Shown here: positions 1-9,255 of the stretch, piece by piece | Layout: each line of letters begins with the position of its first letter | Position numbering within the stretch: the first letter of the stretch is position 1 | IMG/VR virus record: IMGVR_UViG_3300032155_000032 | Location: 1 to 38,920 of that record | Reading direction: 5' to 3' (one strand) | From: a virus | Taxonomy: Duplodnaviria > Caudoviricetes | DNA length: 38,920 nucleotides | The notes under the pieces: model-generated | Databases searched by the model: none | What the model was told of the DNA's origin: nothing | What the model saw: only the letters and a program-made list of their open reading frames with translations | Made by a program: the position numbers and the translations under genes

Positions 1-816
1 TCAGGTTGTCAGGGCCTGGCCGCCTCGGATGAGCAGCTCGCCCACCTGTCTGGCCTGGTGGACACCGGCGACCGTGTAGGTCGTTGTCAGCTCCTCGAAG
101 GCGAAGCAACGGAAGATCGCGCGGATATCCGGGCAGTCGTTGATGGAGAGCAGCCATGCCCCTCTGACCCCGTCCAGGGCGCTGGCCAGGCGCTCGAAGT
201 CGGCCCGGACGAACAGGTCGCGGCCATAGAATCCTTCAGTGCCGTAGTACGGCGGATCGAGGTAGAACAGAGTCTCGGGTCGGTCATAGCGCTCGATGAA
301 CACGTCGAAGTCCAGGCACTCGACCACAACGCCAGCCAGGCGCTCGTGCAACTCCTCCAGGCGCGGCCCCAGGGTCATGAGGTTGAAGCGGCCGCCGCGC
401 CCGTAGTCCACGCCAAACGACCTCCCAGCCACCTTGCCCCCAAACGCCAACCGCTGGAGGTACAGGAACCGCGCGGCGCGTTCCAGGTCGGTGAGGGTGT
501 CCGGCCTGGCCGCGCAGAGCCGCTCGAACTCGGCTCGGCTCGTGATCTGGAACTTGAGCGTCTCCATGAACTGCGGGTAGTGGCGCTGCAAGATGCGGAA
601 GAAATTGGCCACGTCCCGCGAGGCGTCGTTAACCACTTCACTGCGCGCGCGGCGGATGCGGCGGAGGAACACTCCGCCCATGCCGACGAACGGTTCTGCG
701 TATGTCTCATGCGGGATGGCGTCGATGCGCTCGACGATGCGCGCCGCCAGGCGGCGCTTGCCCCCGACGTAGGGGGCGACAGGGTCAACGGGGTTGATGG
801 CGGTGTTGTTCTCCAT
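1..816 (-). CDS. DNA adenine methyltransferase (D12 class, Dam-like), in the position of Mu mom
   Basis: PYVGGK, EPFVGMGGV, VVND and YLDPPY motifs. ATG at 816 (MENNTAINPV); the longer ORF-track start runs through non-coding and upstream sequence. Confidence 0.92.
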   Translation of the reverse strand: MENNTAINPVDPVAPYVGGKRRLAARIVERIDAIPHETYAEPFVGMGGVFLRRIRRARSEVVNDASRDVANFFRILQRHYPQFMETLKFQITSRAEFERLCAARPDTLTDLERAARFLYLQRLAFGGKVAGRSFGVDYGRGGRFNLMTLGPRLEELHERLAGVVVECLDFDVFIERYDRPETLFYLDPPYYGTEGFYGRDLFVRADFERLASALDGVRGAWLLSINDCPDIRAIFRCFAFEELTTTYTVAGVHQARQVGELLIRGGQALTT

Positions 817-858
817 GGTCCTGTTGTGGGTTGCGCCTGGGTCTGTTACTGCTGATCC

Positions 859-956
859 GCCTCGCGCGAGGCAACGGAGCAGCGGGCCGCAGGCTCGTGG
901 TCCGGCGTTCCCCCGCCGGGCCAGTGGGGGCGTTGGCGCGCCCCTGCCTGCTCCAA
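859..956 (-). promoter_or_regulatory. Structured RNA leader upstream of the methyltransferase
   Basis: Closing stem GGAGCAG(954-948)/CTGCTCC(882-876) encloses hairpins at 944-927 and 923-898. A perfect 14-bp palindrome lies at 859-872. Confidence 0.55.
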
Positions 957-959
957 CTC

Positions 960-1445
960 CTACGCCAGAATCTCGTCCGCCCGCGCCTGCGTGAGCAGCT
1001 CCTCGGCCACCAGCAGCGCCATGCCGCCGAGCGTCTCTGAATCGTCCAGGCGGATTCCCTCGCGGGCCGAGAGCACGAGGTTGCGCAGCATCACGACCTG
1101 GGGATTTGCGCTGGCCCAGATGGCGGCCTGCTCCTCGGCCGTGAAGCGTCGCACGAAGTCGTTGGCCGTGAGCACGGGCGGCGCGGGCGCGGGTTCCGGG
1201 GTCGGCTCCCAGGACGTGCAGCGATGCACCATCTCCGTGCCGTCGTCCGCCAGTTCCCAGGCCGTGGCCTGATGCCCGGCGGGCGGCCCCTCCTCGCGCC
1301 AGGGGACGAGGCCGACGCCCCCCAGCTCCTCCTGGGTCCACGCGACCAGGATGTCGGCCGGGTAGAGCAGCGTGCCGACGAGGATGCCGGGCGTGCGCGG
1401 CCACGACAGGACCTCGCCGGACGCTCGATTGTACCAGTGCGACAT
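960..1445 (-). CDS. Tail fibre-associated or assembly protein (putative)
   Basis: 161 aa with a GGAG RBS. Its C-terminus (FVRRFTAEEQAAI...LLTQARADEILA) is typical of small genes that follow phage fibres. Confidence 0.6.
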   Translation of the reverse strand: MSHWYNRASGEVLSWPRTPGILVGTLLYPADILVAWTQEELGGVGLVPWREEGPPAGHQATAWELADDGTEMVHRCTSWEPTPEPAPAPPVLTANDFVRRFTAEEQAAIWASANPQVVMLRNLVLSAREGIRLDDSETLGGMALLVAEELLTQARADEILA

Positions 1446-1454
1446 GTCTCCCTC

Positions 1455-2216
1455 CTACGCGGCCTGGCCGCGGCGGTCGCCGGTGGCCAGCCACGTGATG
1501 TGTGTGTTACCCGTGATGTAGTACCCGGCCGCGCCGCCGCCGCCGGGACCGGAAAATGTGGCCGTGACGTTAGGCGGATCGCCAGCCTGTCCGCTCCCGC
1601 CTGCCTGGCCGGGGCCACCGCCATAGCCGCCCTGGCCGCCAGCATAGTCGTCCCAGTATCCCCCTGAAGAGCCGTCGTCGATGTAAATCTGTCCGGTATC
1701 GCCCGCCAGCCCCGCACCACCACTCGATGCTGTCCCGCCTGGAACACCGGCCCCCGTGCCTGCGCCGCCGCCGCCCGTTCCGCCCGCAATGGCCGTCCAC
1801 GGGTATTGGTTCATCTGATATGTCCGACCGCCGCCCCCGCCGCCGCCCCCGCCCCATATCTGCCCGGACGCGTTGTCGATGGTGACGGGGCCGGTCACGG
1901 CGAGCGCCGGGCCGCCCGCGGCGCCGGTGGACGCGGAGCCCCCGCCCGCGCCGCCAGCGCCCTGAATCCGGCCCAGGTTGATCAGCCGGAGCGCCGCGCC
2001 CGCCGGGAAATTGGCGATGGTCATGGCGGCAGCGCCGGTGGACGCGGACCCGACCACCACGCCAGCCGCGATGGTCACGATGAGCGTGGCCTGCGCCGCG
2101 CCGTCCCAGGGGGAGTGCTCCATGATCCACGTGCGCAGATCGAGGTTGTTTTGCGAGGCGGTGATGATCAGGTTGATTTCCCGGCCCAGGGCCGGAACGA
2201 GGGCGGGCATCAGCAT
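1455..2216 (-). CDS. Glycine-rich tail fibre or receptor-binding protein
   Basis: GxGGxGG repeats and GQIWGGGGGGGGG. ATG at 2216 lies just after the upstream stop, at the end of the tail module. Confidence 0.65.
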   Translation of the reverse strand: MLMPALVPALGREINLIITASQNNLDLRTWIMEHSPWDGAAQATLIVTIAAGVVVGSASTGAAAMTIANFPAGAALRLINLGRIQGAGGAGGGSASTGAAGGPALAVTGPVTIDNASGQIWGGGGGGGGGRTYQMNQYPWTAIAGGTGGGGAGTGAGVPGGTASSGGAGLAGDTGQIYIDDGSSGGYWDDYAGGQGGYGGGPGQAGGSGQAGDPPNVTATFSGPGGGGAAGYYITGNTHITWLATGDRRGQAA

Positions 2217-2218
2217 TG

Positions 2219-2884
2219 CTAGACCCCCGCGTACTGTATCGCCAGGTCGCACCGGCCCGTGCCCCGGTACTGCAGCTGCAGGATCATCTCCCGGGTCAGC
2301 GAGAGGGGTTTCGAGTCGTCGATGACCCGGAAATTGGCGGTGTTGATGCTCAGGGCGTGCCCCCCGGGCACGACCCAGATCACGGCCGTGCCGCCGCCAT
2401 CGGCCACCAGTGCGTCGAGCGTCGCCGCGCCCGTGAGGGTCAGCACCTGGAGCCCCTCCTGCGTGTTCAGGTCAACCGTGATGTTCCCAGACGCATTGGC
2501 CGTGCGGACCGCGGACGTGTAGGCCGCCTCCAGGCGCGCATGCACGTTGCGGCGCAGGAGGTTGGGGTCGAGCGGCTCGAATCCGACCAGGCCGCCCATG
2601 GCGTCCGCGATCATCGCCTCAATAGCCGCCACTAGGCCGGCCTCGATTTTATCCAGGACACCGTCGTCCACCACGCCGGGCGCGTACCTGTTGGCGATGA
2701 ACTGGGCCAGGCCCGCCGACATGTGAGAGCACTGACGCAGCACTCGGTTGACCAGGTCGCGCCGGGCGATGCCCGGCTGGTTCCCCTTCAGGCGGTGCGC
2801 GTCCAGGATGTACGCGGCGAGGCTCTGCAGGTCGCCGTCCTCCACCGTGCCGGTCGAGCCGAAGGGATAGATCTCATTGGGCAT
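2219..2884 (-). CDS. Tail fibre protein (baseplate-anchoring N-terminus)
   Basis: MPNEIYPFG...GIARRDLVNRVLRQCSHMSAGLAQFIA is the N-terminal motif type that follows DUF2612 genes. GGAGG RBS. Confidence 0.7.
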   Translation of the reverse strand: MPNEIYPFGSTGTVEDGDLQSLAAYILDAHRLKGNQPGIARRDLVNRVLRQCSHMSAGLAQFIANRYAPGVVDDGVLDKIEAGLVAAIEAMIADAMGGLVGFEPLDPNLLRRNVHARLEAAYTSAVRTANASGNITVDLNTQEGLQVLTLTGAATLDALVADGGGTAVIWVVPGGHALSINTANFRVIDDSKPLSLTREMILQLQYRGTGRCDLAIQYAGV

Positions 2885-2898
2885 GGTCGTCCTCCATA

Positions 2899-3579
2899 TT
2901 AGTAGATGGGGGCGAGAATATCGGGCCAGCGCCCGGCATCCCACCCATTGAGAGCATCCGTCGTGGTGTCCCATCCGAAGAGCGGGCCGCCGTCCGGCGT
3001 GACCGCGTAGTAGCTCACCCTCACCCCCTCGGGCTTCAGCGGGATGTAGCCGCGCAGGAGCAGTTGAAGGGACACGGCATCGAGCGGCATGCCTGCAATC
3101 CCCACGATGACGCTCATGTCCTGATTGTCCTGGATCACAATGATCGCGCCAGTGTCGCCAAAGATGATATCCCACGCCTCATACGCGTCGTCCGTGGTCC
3201 CTTCCCAGTGGTTGGCCGCGACTTTGGCGCGCAGCAGCATCCTGTACGGCTCGTCGGGCAGCGAGACCAGACCTGTGTCCGGATCATAGGGTCCCTTCCA
3301 GGTGCCCTCACCCCACCCGACTCCTGCCTCATCCCAGGAGAAGTAGACCCCCTGCAGTTCCACCTCAATGCGCCGCGCTCGGCCGATCCACTCCCCCACA
3401 TGGTCGAGCTGGACGCCCACACCTGTGTCCAAATCGAACCCTCTCCGTATCTGATCCAGAACTTCGGCCACGCCCACGAATCGAGAGGCCACGCCCTCGA
3501 TCATGGCCATGTACTTCGGCTTGTCCCGATGCTGGGAGGTAATGAGGCCGAGGTAGTCGGCGAGGATCTGCAGCGCCAT
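2899..3579 (-). CDS. DUF2612-like baseplate protein
   Basis: YLGLITSQHRDKPK, FDLDTGVGVQLDHVGEWIGRAR and DNQDMS motifs. Follows the baseplate J gene. Confidence 0.8.
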   Translation of the reverse strand: MALQILADYLGLITSQHRDKPKYMAMIEGVASRFVGVAEVLDQIRRGFDLDTGVGVQLDHVGEWIGRARRIEVELQGVYFSWDEAGVGWGEGTWKGPYDPDTGLVSLPDEPYRMLLRAKVAANHWEGTTDDAYEAWDIIFGDTGAIIVIQDNQDMSVIVGIAGMPLDAVSLQLLLRGYIPLKPEGVRVSYYAVTPDGGPLFGWDTTTDALNGWDAGRWPDILAPIY

Positions 3580-4748
3580 TACACCACCGTCACCACAATG
3601 TTATCCGTGGAGCCCACAGCCACGGCATTGTAGGGGATGTCGATGTTGGTGGCGGCCAGGGCTTCGGGATCAGTGCCGATGGTCAGGCTGAGCACGTCGA
3701 AGGTGCGCATGCCCGCAGTCGGCTCGGCATCGTTGATAGGGCTGTAGAGCTTTGACAAGAGCACGTCCTCGCCGATGCCCAGGTCGTTCAGGTAGGCGGC
3801 GAGATTCTCGATGATCGCCTGGCCAGTGCTAGAGACGTATCCAGGACGAGCGCGGATGGTCAGGGCCATGTAGACGGACACCTGATCGGACCGCCAAAAG
3901 GCAATGGTAAGGGGGATGCCGTACTTGTCCCGGACCTCGATCGAGGTGTCGCCATAGGTGCCGCAGCCCACGCTCTTTTTCGCGGCGATGGCCGCCGCAA
4001 TGGTCGCCGTATCGCCCCCTTCGACCACTATGGAGATGGAGTGCGCCGGAATGCCGTTGGCGTCGACCTCGTCCGTGTCGTTCTCGTAGCCGCGCAGCCG
4101 CGTGACCCCGGACACGGCGGCCACCGCAGCCATGGTCCCCTCGAACACGGTCAGGCTGGGCAATGCGGTGGAAATCGCCTGGCGTCGCCGCAGCTCCGCG
4201 TCCGACTCGACGGCCGCGCCTGGGACAGCCGCCTCGGGATTGTTCACGCTCTGCCAACCCCTGGTCGGCGTGCCGATCTTGGTGATCTCACCAGGCGCTG
4301 TGCGTACCAGGCCCGGAGTCTGTGCGGTCGCCGTCACCGATATCTCGCCGCCGACCGGAATGGTGACCGTGGCTGGCAGGAGCCACTTCTGCCCGGCGAC
4401 GTCCTCGGCGATGCCCGAGGTGATGACGGTCCCAACCTGGCCCACCAGGACCACATCGACCACGGAATAGGTCGCTGCCTTTCGGCGCAGCCCGTTGATT
4501 TTCACGGATCGGGACAGTCCCGCTCCCTGAGCGGTCTGCGGGGAGTATGAATTATAAACGCTTTGCGCCAACGACATCAGGTCGTAGGCCAAGGTGGCCA
4601 CCACGGCCACCATCTGTCCATCCTGGCTGTCTGGCTCCAGATACAGATCCGGGCCGTAGATGCCCCGCCACATGCCCTGCAGGTCGGCCAAGACCTCGGG
4701 GTAGCTGGCCATGTGAAACCCGGTTTCATCAATGTATGCCCAGGTCAT
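3579..4748 (-). CDS. Baseplate J/gp47-like wedge protein
   Basis: DSQDGQ, NGLRRK, ESDAELRRR, YENDT and GIPAHSI motifs. TGATG overlap with the upstream gene. Confidence 0.88.
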   Translation of the reverse strand: MTWAYIDETGFHMASYPEVLADLQGMWRGIYGPDLYLEPDSQDGQMVAVVATLAYDLMSLAQSVYNSYSPQTAQGAGLSRSVKINGLRRKAATYSVVDVVLVGQVGTVITSGIAEDVAGQKWLLPATVTIPVGGEISVTATAQTPGLVRTAPGEITKIGTPTRGWQSVNNPEAAVPGAAVESDAELRRRQAISTALPSLTVFEGTMAAVAAVSGVTRLRGYENDTDEVDANGIPAHSISIVVEGGDTATIAAAIAAKKSVGCGTYGDTSIEVRDKYGIPLTIAFWRSDQVSVYMALTIRARPGYVSSTGQAIIENLAAYLNDLGIGEDVLLSKLYSPINDAEPTAGMRTFDVLSLTIGTDPEALAATNIDIPYNAVAVGSTDNIVVTVV

Positions 4749-5101
4749 CACAGCGCCTCCTGGATGCGCGCCTCGCCGTAAACGGTATCGATGCGGGCGT
4801 TGACGGTGAGCTTGCGTGTATCGGGGTCGAGGGAACTCTCGTAGAAAAGGATTTCAGTGACACCGTCAGTGCCGAGGATACGTGCCCGGATCACGGGATC
4901 GTAGCTCTCCAGCGTTTGCTTGCCGACGACGCCGCCCACATAGGGCGTGCCCTCGGCCAGATCCAGAAACCACTCCTCGGCCAGCAGCCTCAGTCTGGTG
5001 ACAACGGCCTGGGCCGGAGCCTCGGGCACGTCGACCAGATAGTCCGCTCCGCCGTGCCCCATCACGAAATCGCCATCCGCGGCGAGCCTACGGTATCTCA
5101 T
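4748..5101 (-). CDS. Baseplate wedge or sheath-initiator protein (gp25/W-like)
   Basis: MRYRRLAADGD...RLRLLAEEWFLDLAEGTPY...IDTVYG; lies between the spike and J genes. Confidence 0.75.
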   Translation of the reverse strand: MRYRRLAADGDFVMGHGGADYLVDVPEAPAQAVVTRLRLLAEEWFLDLAEGTPYVGGVVGKQTLESYDPVIRARILGTDGVTEILFYESSLDPDTRKLTVNARIDTVYGEARIQEAL

Positions 5102-5774
5102 AGCCGCCCTCCGGGGGATTGATGTCGTCCTCGATCGGCGGATCGAACACCGCGCCGCGCTGCCAGGTGTGCATCTGGTAGCGGCCCGCGCCTTTGCTGA
5201 TGAGGCGCTGGCCGTATCCGTCCACATCCCAGGAGTAGCTGTTGCGGGCATGCAGCTGCAGGTCCTGGCAGTCGACGCGCACCCGGCCGTCCGGCCGAAT
5301 CTCGATGTAGGTCTGCCCGTCGTCCGTGCGCAGCTGCATGTGCTTGGTGTTGATGTCCGGCAGCTGCCTGGCCTGGCTGCGCGGCCCGACCAGGGCGAGT
5401 CCATCCGAGAGGTCGTGCATGCGCCGCTCTAGCGGTTCCTGCACCCCGCCCGATTGCCACCAGGCGTCGATGCAACGGGCGGCGAACACGACCAGGCACT
5501 CATCTCCCGGCTGGATTGGAAACGTGAGCGTGAATCCGCCCGCGCCAGGCCAGACCACGGGCACGTCCACGAGCAGCGGCAATGCCACGGACTGGACCGC
5601 GCCGCCGGGCACTTCGATGCTGCCCCGGATGGCGGGCTGTACCGTGACCGTTGAGGCCGCAGGATCAAAGGACTGTACGATGCCGGGCACAGCGGTCCAT
5701 ATCTCGGCCTGGCGGCCGTCCAGAGCCGCGCGTGTCGCCTCCACGGGATCGTTGAATCTCTCTCGGCGATCCAT
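5088..5774 (-). CDS. Gp138-like baseplate spike protein
   Basis: IWTAVPGIVQSFDP, LPLLVDVPV, GDECLVVFAARCIDAWWQSG and RMHDLSDG motifs. Confidence 0.85.
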   Translation of the reverse strand: MDRRERFNDPVEATRAALDGRQAEIWTAVPGIVQSFDPAASTVTVQPAIRGSIEVPGGAVQSVALPLLVDVPVVWPGAGGFTLTFPIQPGDECLVVFAARCIDAWWQSGGVQEPLERRMHDLSDGLALVGPRSQARQLPDINTKHMQLRTDDGQTYIEIRPDGRVRVDCQDLQLHARNSYSWDVDGYGQRLISKGAGRYQMHTWQRGAVFDPPIEDDINPPEGGYEIP

Positions 5775-6697
5775 CAGCGCCCCCCGTTGCTGTCGATGAT
5801 CTTGGAACCGATGGGCGCGGAGTCGTCGATGCCGACGCAGATGAGATCCGCGTACCAGTCCTGGCCGCGCGTATCGCCTTTGAACTCCACCGCCAGGATG
5901 CGATAGAACCCGTCGTCGTCCAGGCGCGGAGCCTTCTGGAACGCGCCTATCTTGAGGTTTGTCTTGAACCGGATCACGCTGGCGTTGTTCAGCCAGATGC
6001 GGCCGCCGATGCGAAAGCGTGGGTTGATGAGCGCTCTGACTTTGATGCCTTCGTTGGTCTGCTCGGGCTGGCCGATCAGGCCGCTCTCGTGGGTCAGCTT
6101 CACCGCTTCGCCGGGCAGGTAGCCGCCGCGCGGTACCATCTGCATGCGCCCGTCCTGGATGCTCCATGTGGTGGCGGTGGTGTCCGCCGCGTCACGCATG
6201 TAGGAGCGGGCCATGCCGTACATCACCTTCCCCCTGGGCAACGCCTGGCCGCCCAGGGCCGGGGTGTATCCCGGCTCGACACCGTGGTCGCTCATGGCCT
6301 TCTGGCACGCCCGCACCTGTTCGGCCTGACCAGCCCCGGCTGCCAGGGTCTGGTTGACCACCGCGTAGTTGTAGGCGCGGTCCCCGTCGCTGGCCAGGAT
6401 GTCCAGGTAGGTGTCCACGCCGTTTTCGCGGCCTCGGCGGATCTGGCGGATGTTGCCCCCGAAGAGCAGACCGAAGTTGCCCTCGTACCCGCCCTGCAGC
6501 ACCACCTGGGAGAATTCCCGTTGCACTCGCCGGGCCGTCTCCTCGGAGAGGTTGTAGACCCGGATGTCCGCGCGGTTCGGCGTCTCGAAGTCGGCCTTGT
6601 GGGTCTGGAACGTGATGCGCAGATCCTGCGGAAGTTCCAGGCTGCCGACCGTCAGCGCGCACCTGCGCAGCCACTGCAGATCGCCTGTCGCCGTCAT
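5774..6697 (-). CDS. Baseplate hub protein
   Basis: PNRADIRVYNLS, LQGGY, ASDGDRAY, LPRGKVMYG and WSIQDG motifs. ATG at 6697 overlaps the upstream stop. Confidence 0.78.
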   Translation of the reverse strand: MTATGDLQWLRRCALTVGSLELPQDLRITFQTHKADFETPNRADIRVYNLSEETARRVQREFSQVVLQGGYEGNFGLLFGGNIRQIRRGRENGVDTYLDILASDGDRAYNYAVVNQTLAAGAGQAEQVRACQKAMSDHGVEPGYTPALGGQALPRGKVMYGMARSYMRDAADTTATTWSIQDGRMQMVPRGGYLPGEAVKLTHESGLIGQPEQTNEGIKVRALINPRFRIGGRIWLNNASVIRFKTNLKIGAFQKAPRLDDDGFYRILAVEFKGDTRGQDWYADLICVGIDDSAPIGSKIIDSNGGR

Positions 6698-7014
6698 ACG
6701 GCCTCCTGCGTAACGAAGATGAGGTCCACGGCGGTCCCCAGGTTGTCGATGGCCGGGGGCAGGTCGCTGGAATCGGACCAGACGACCAGGCTGCCGCCGA
6801 GGCCGAGATGCGCGTGCGGCTCCAGGAGGTCGGCGCCGGTCACTAGAGGAATGCCCGTGAGCAGATCCGCGCCGCTCTCGCCGTCCGCGATGTCCAGCAC
6901 CCATCCCGCCTCGTCGGCGTCGTTCCAGCGCACGGTCATGCGCAGCAGCCGCCCTGCCAGGGTGATGCCGAACGCCTGCGGCGTTGGGTCGAGGGGTATG
7001 CGGTACTCGGCCAT
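6694..7014 (-). CDS. Baseplate plug-like protein
   Basis: 106 aa; WVLDIAD...GIPLVTGADLL motif and gene order. Confidence 0.7.
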   Translation of the reverse strand: MAEYRIPLDPTPQAFGITLAGRLLRMTVRWNDADEAGWVLDIADGESGADLLTGIPLVTGADLLEPHAHLGLGGSLVVWSDSSDLPPAIDNLGTAVDLIFVTQEAV

Positions 7015-7015
7015 G

Positions 7016-7558
7016 TCAGTTCCGCCCGAAAAGATTACTGAGCGCAGAGCGCCCGCGCGGCTGCGCCTGCTTCTCGCCTTTGTCCGCGGTAGCCTGCGTC
7101 TTGCCGGGGCGGCGCTGCCTGGAGGCGGGTACGGCCACGGTCTGCGCCGAGACGAGGATCACCTCGCGACAGGTGGCCGTGAAGTCGAGCACATGCTCGG
7201 TTTCCTTGTCCGTGATGACCGAAAGCGAGGAAATGAGCATGTTCCTGTAGAGGCGCTTGCCCGTGACGACGTCGAAGGGCTCGCGCTTGCCTTGCAACTC
7301 CAAGAGCTTCTCGTACATCTCCACAGCGCGTGAATCACCATTCCCCACAGAGCTGTTCGACACGGCCGCGTGGATCACGACCTCCTTGGGCTTCAGGTAG
7401 GCGTGGTCAGCCACGTTTGCGCCCTGCTCCACAGGATGCTCCGTGATCTCCAGGTCGTCCGTGTGGCGTTCCTCGACCACGATATCGAAGTAGAGGCCGC
7501 CCAGGCTGCGCCTGGGCCGCACGGCCACAGGCTGGGTGGTGCCCGACAACCCGCTCAT
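7016..7558 (-). CDS. Dit-like tail or baseplate protein
   Basis: EERHTDDLEITEHPVEQGANVADHAY and PFDVVTGKRLYRNMLI motifs. Follows the tape measure gene. Confidence 0.78.
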   Translation of the reverse strand: MSGLSGTTQPVAVRPRRSLGGLYFDIVVEERHTDDLEITEHPVEQGANVADHAYLKPKEVVIHAAVSNSSVGNGDSRAVEMYEKLLELQGKREPFDVVTGKRLYRNMLISSLSVITDKETEHVLDFTATCREVILVSAQTVAVPASRQRRPGKTQATADKGEKQAQPRGRSALSNLFGRN

Positions 7559-9066
7559 CGCGCCGCCCCGCGCGCGTTGCGCACCAGATCGGCGTTGACC
7601 CTGGCTTGCTCGCCGCCCACGGCCCGGCCCACTGCCGACGGGTCGCCCGCGCCGTTGACGTAGATGTTGGTCTCGGCCTTCAGGTTGGCGGTGGATTGGC
7701 TAGGAGCCAGCGCCGCCGCGCCTGCCGGTGAGGGCGCGAGAGCTGGAGCGGACACCCCGGCGTCGAGCCCGAGCGCGCCCTTGATCGCTCCCCAGGCCCC
7801 GCCCGCGAACTGCTCCACCACGCCCCACACGGACTGCACCAGGCCCAGCAGCTTGCCCCAGAGGTTCAGGTAGGACTCCAGCACGGCCGTGGAGTCCCCG
7901 GAGAAGAGGGAGAGCAGCAAGCCGCCCACGGCGAGGAGCACGTCGAAGACCGCCTTCACCACTTCCCAGAGCGGCTGGAATGCGGCCACCACCTGCATGA
8001 TGGTCCCGGCCCACGGCCCCCAATCCAGGAGGGACTCTCCACCTTCGAGGTATGTGTGCAGGTCATCGAGGAGCATGGCGATGCCCACGAGCCCGGTGAT
8101 TACCATGCCTAGAGGGGTGGCCAGGAACGACAGGTTGAGGAATCTCCACGCGGCAGCGGCTGCCAGTATCATGAGGATGACGTTTTGCGTCCCATCATCG
8201 AGCTGACCGAACCAATCCACCAGACCGCCCATCCACTTCACCAGACGCATGGTCAATGCACCAGCCGCAGAACTGATTCGGAGAATCACGCTGATAATGG
8301 TCTGAATGATTCGGCTGACCTTTTCGAAGTTTTCGATGAACGACTTGCGGAGGTTCTGTAGATCTCCCTTCATACGCCCGATGAACCGCATGGACACGGA
8401 ACGCGCCAGCATATCGAACAGGGTCTTCATGGTGCCCAGCTCGTTCACGAACTCCCGGCTGGCCTGCGCGGCCTGGTCGGCGTCCGTGCCCGCGGCGGCG
8501 TACATCTGGCGGTACGCCTCCCGCAGGCCGGTGACGTCCTCGGTCAGGGCGCGGACCAGGCTCTTGTCGATGCCGAGCTGCGCCAGGAACATCTGCTGGC
8601 GCGGTTTGTCCATGCCCTTGATCTTCTCGCCGACCTCGAAGAGGACGTCCACGGTATCCCGCAGGCGGCCGTTGGCGTCCTTGATGCGGATGCCCAGGCG
8701 CTGGAACGTGGCCAGGCCGCCCTGGCCGATGGTCGCCCCGGCCATGGAGGCGTTGAGTCCTTTGATGCTGGAGTCCATGGCCTCGGCTGCGGCCCCGGTC
8801 TGGGTCGCCACGTAGCGCAGCTCCTCCAGCCTGGCCACCGTGGTCCCGGCCGCGTCTGCCGTGGTCAGCATGGCGGACTGCGACTCAGCGATGCGCATGA
8901 TGCCGTAGAAAACCCCGGCGGCCAGGGCCTGCACCCCGGCTGCGAAGGCCAGCACCTTGGTGGTCGAGCTTTTGAGCGCATCGTTGAACGCGGATGCGCC
9001 TTTCTCGTCCACGTCGTAGCCGAGGCTGACCAGGAATTCCTTCAGTACCTCAGCGCCTGCCGCCAC
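7555..9066 (-). CDS. Tape measure protein
   Basis: LKEFLVSLGYDVD N-terminus, Ala-rich helical sequence and hydrophobic segments. Follows the tail chaperones. Confidence 0.8.
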   Translation of the reverse strand: MAAGAEVLKEFLVSLGYDVDEKGASAFNDALKSSTTKVLAFAAGVQALAAGVFYGIMRIAESQSAMLTTADAAGTTVARLEELRYVATQTGAAAEAMDSSIKGLNASMAGATIGQGGLATFQRLGIRIKDANGRLRDTVDVLFEVGEKIKGMDKPRQQMFLAQLGIDKSLVRALTEDVTGLREAYRQMYAAAGTDADQAAQASREFVNELGTMKTLFDMLARSVSMRFIGRMKGDLQNLRKSFIENFEKVSRIIQTIISVILRISSAAGALTMRLVKWMGGLVDWFGQLDDGTQNVILMILAAAAAWRFLNLSFLATPLGMVITGLVGIAMLLDDLHTYLEGGESLLDWGPWAGTIMQVVAAFQPLWEVVKAVFDVLLAVGGLLLSLFSGDSTAVLESYLNLWGKLLGLVQSVWGVVEQFAGGAWGAIKGALGLDAGVSAPALAPSPAGAAALAPSQSTANLKAETNIYVNGAGDPSAVGRAVGGEQARVNADLVRNARGAAR

Positions 9067-9238
9067 GGTTCTGCTCCTTCATCGCTTCCATGTACCTGCG
9101 CTCGTTCTCGTCCTGCACGTCCAGGGCGTCATTCATCAGGGCCACATCGGCCAGATCCAGCGTGCCGTCCTTGAGACTCTCGTACCGGCACAGACCCCGC
9201 AGCGCGGGACGCAGCAGCCAGTCGTCGCCTGACGGCAT
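9050..9238 (-). CDS. Tail assembly chaperone, T-part (DUF6889-like); probably reached by -1 frameshift
   Basis: DWLLRPALRGLCRYESLKDGTLDLADVALMNDALDV motif. The frame is open back through the slippery site at 9304-9298. Confidence 0.75.
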   Translation of the reverse strand: MPSGDDWLLRPALRGLCRYESLKDGTLDLADVALMNDALDVQDENERRYMEAMKEQNRGGRR

Positions 9239-9255
9239 CCTCACCCATTGGGCAT

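Noticed and set aside
859-956. Leader as a tRNA or com gene
   Set aside because: No T-loop or D-loop consensus and no CCA acceptor geometry; no CxxC...CxxC small ORF.
817-1494. N-terminal 226 aa of the 497-aa ORF 1..1494
   Set aside because: Overlaps the real gene 960-1445 and the structured leader. Methylase similarity begins only at ATG 816.
1455-2216. Diversity-generating retroelement or invertible segment at the fibre genes
   Set aside because: No reverse transcriptase, template/variable repeat pair, invertase or flanking inverted repeats seen in the window.
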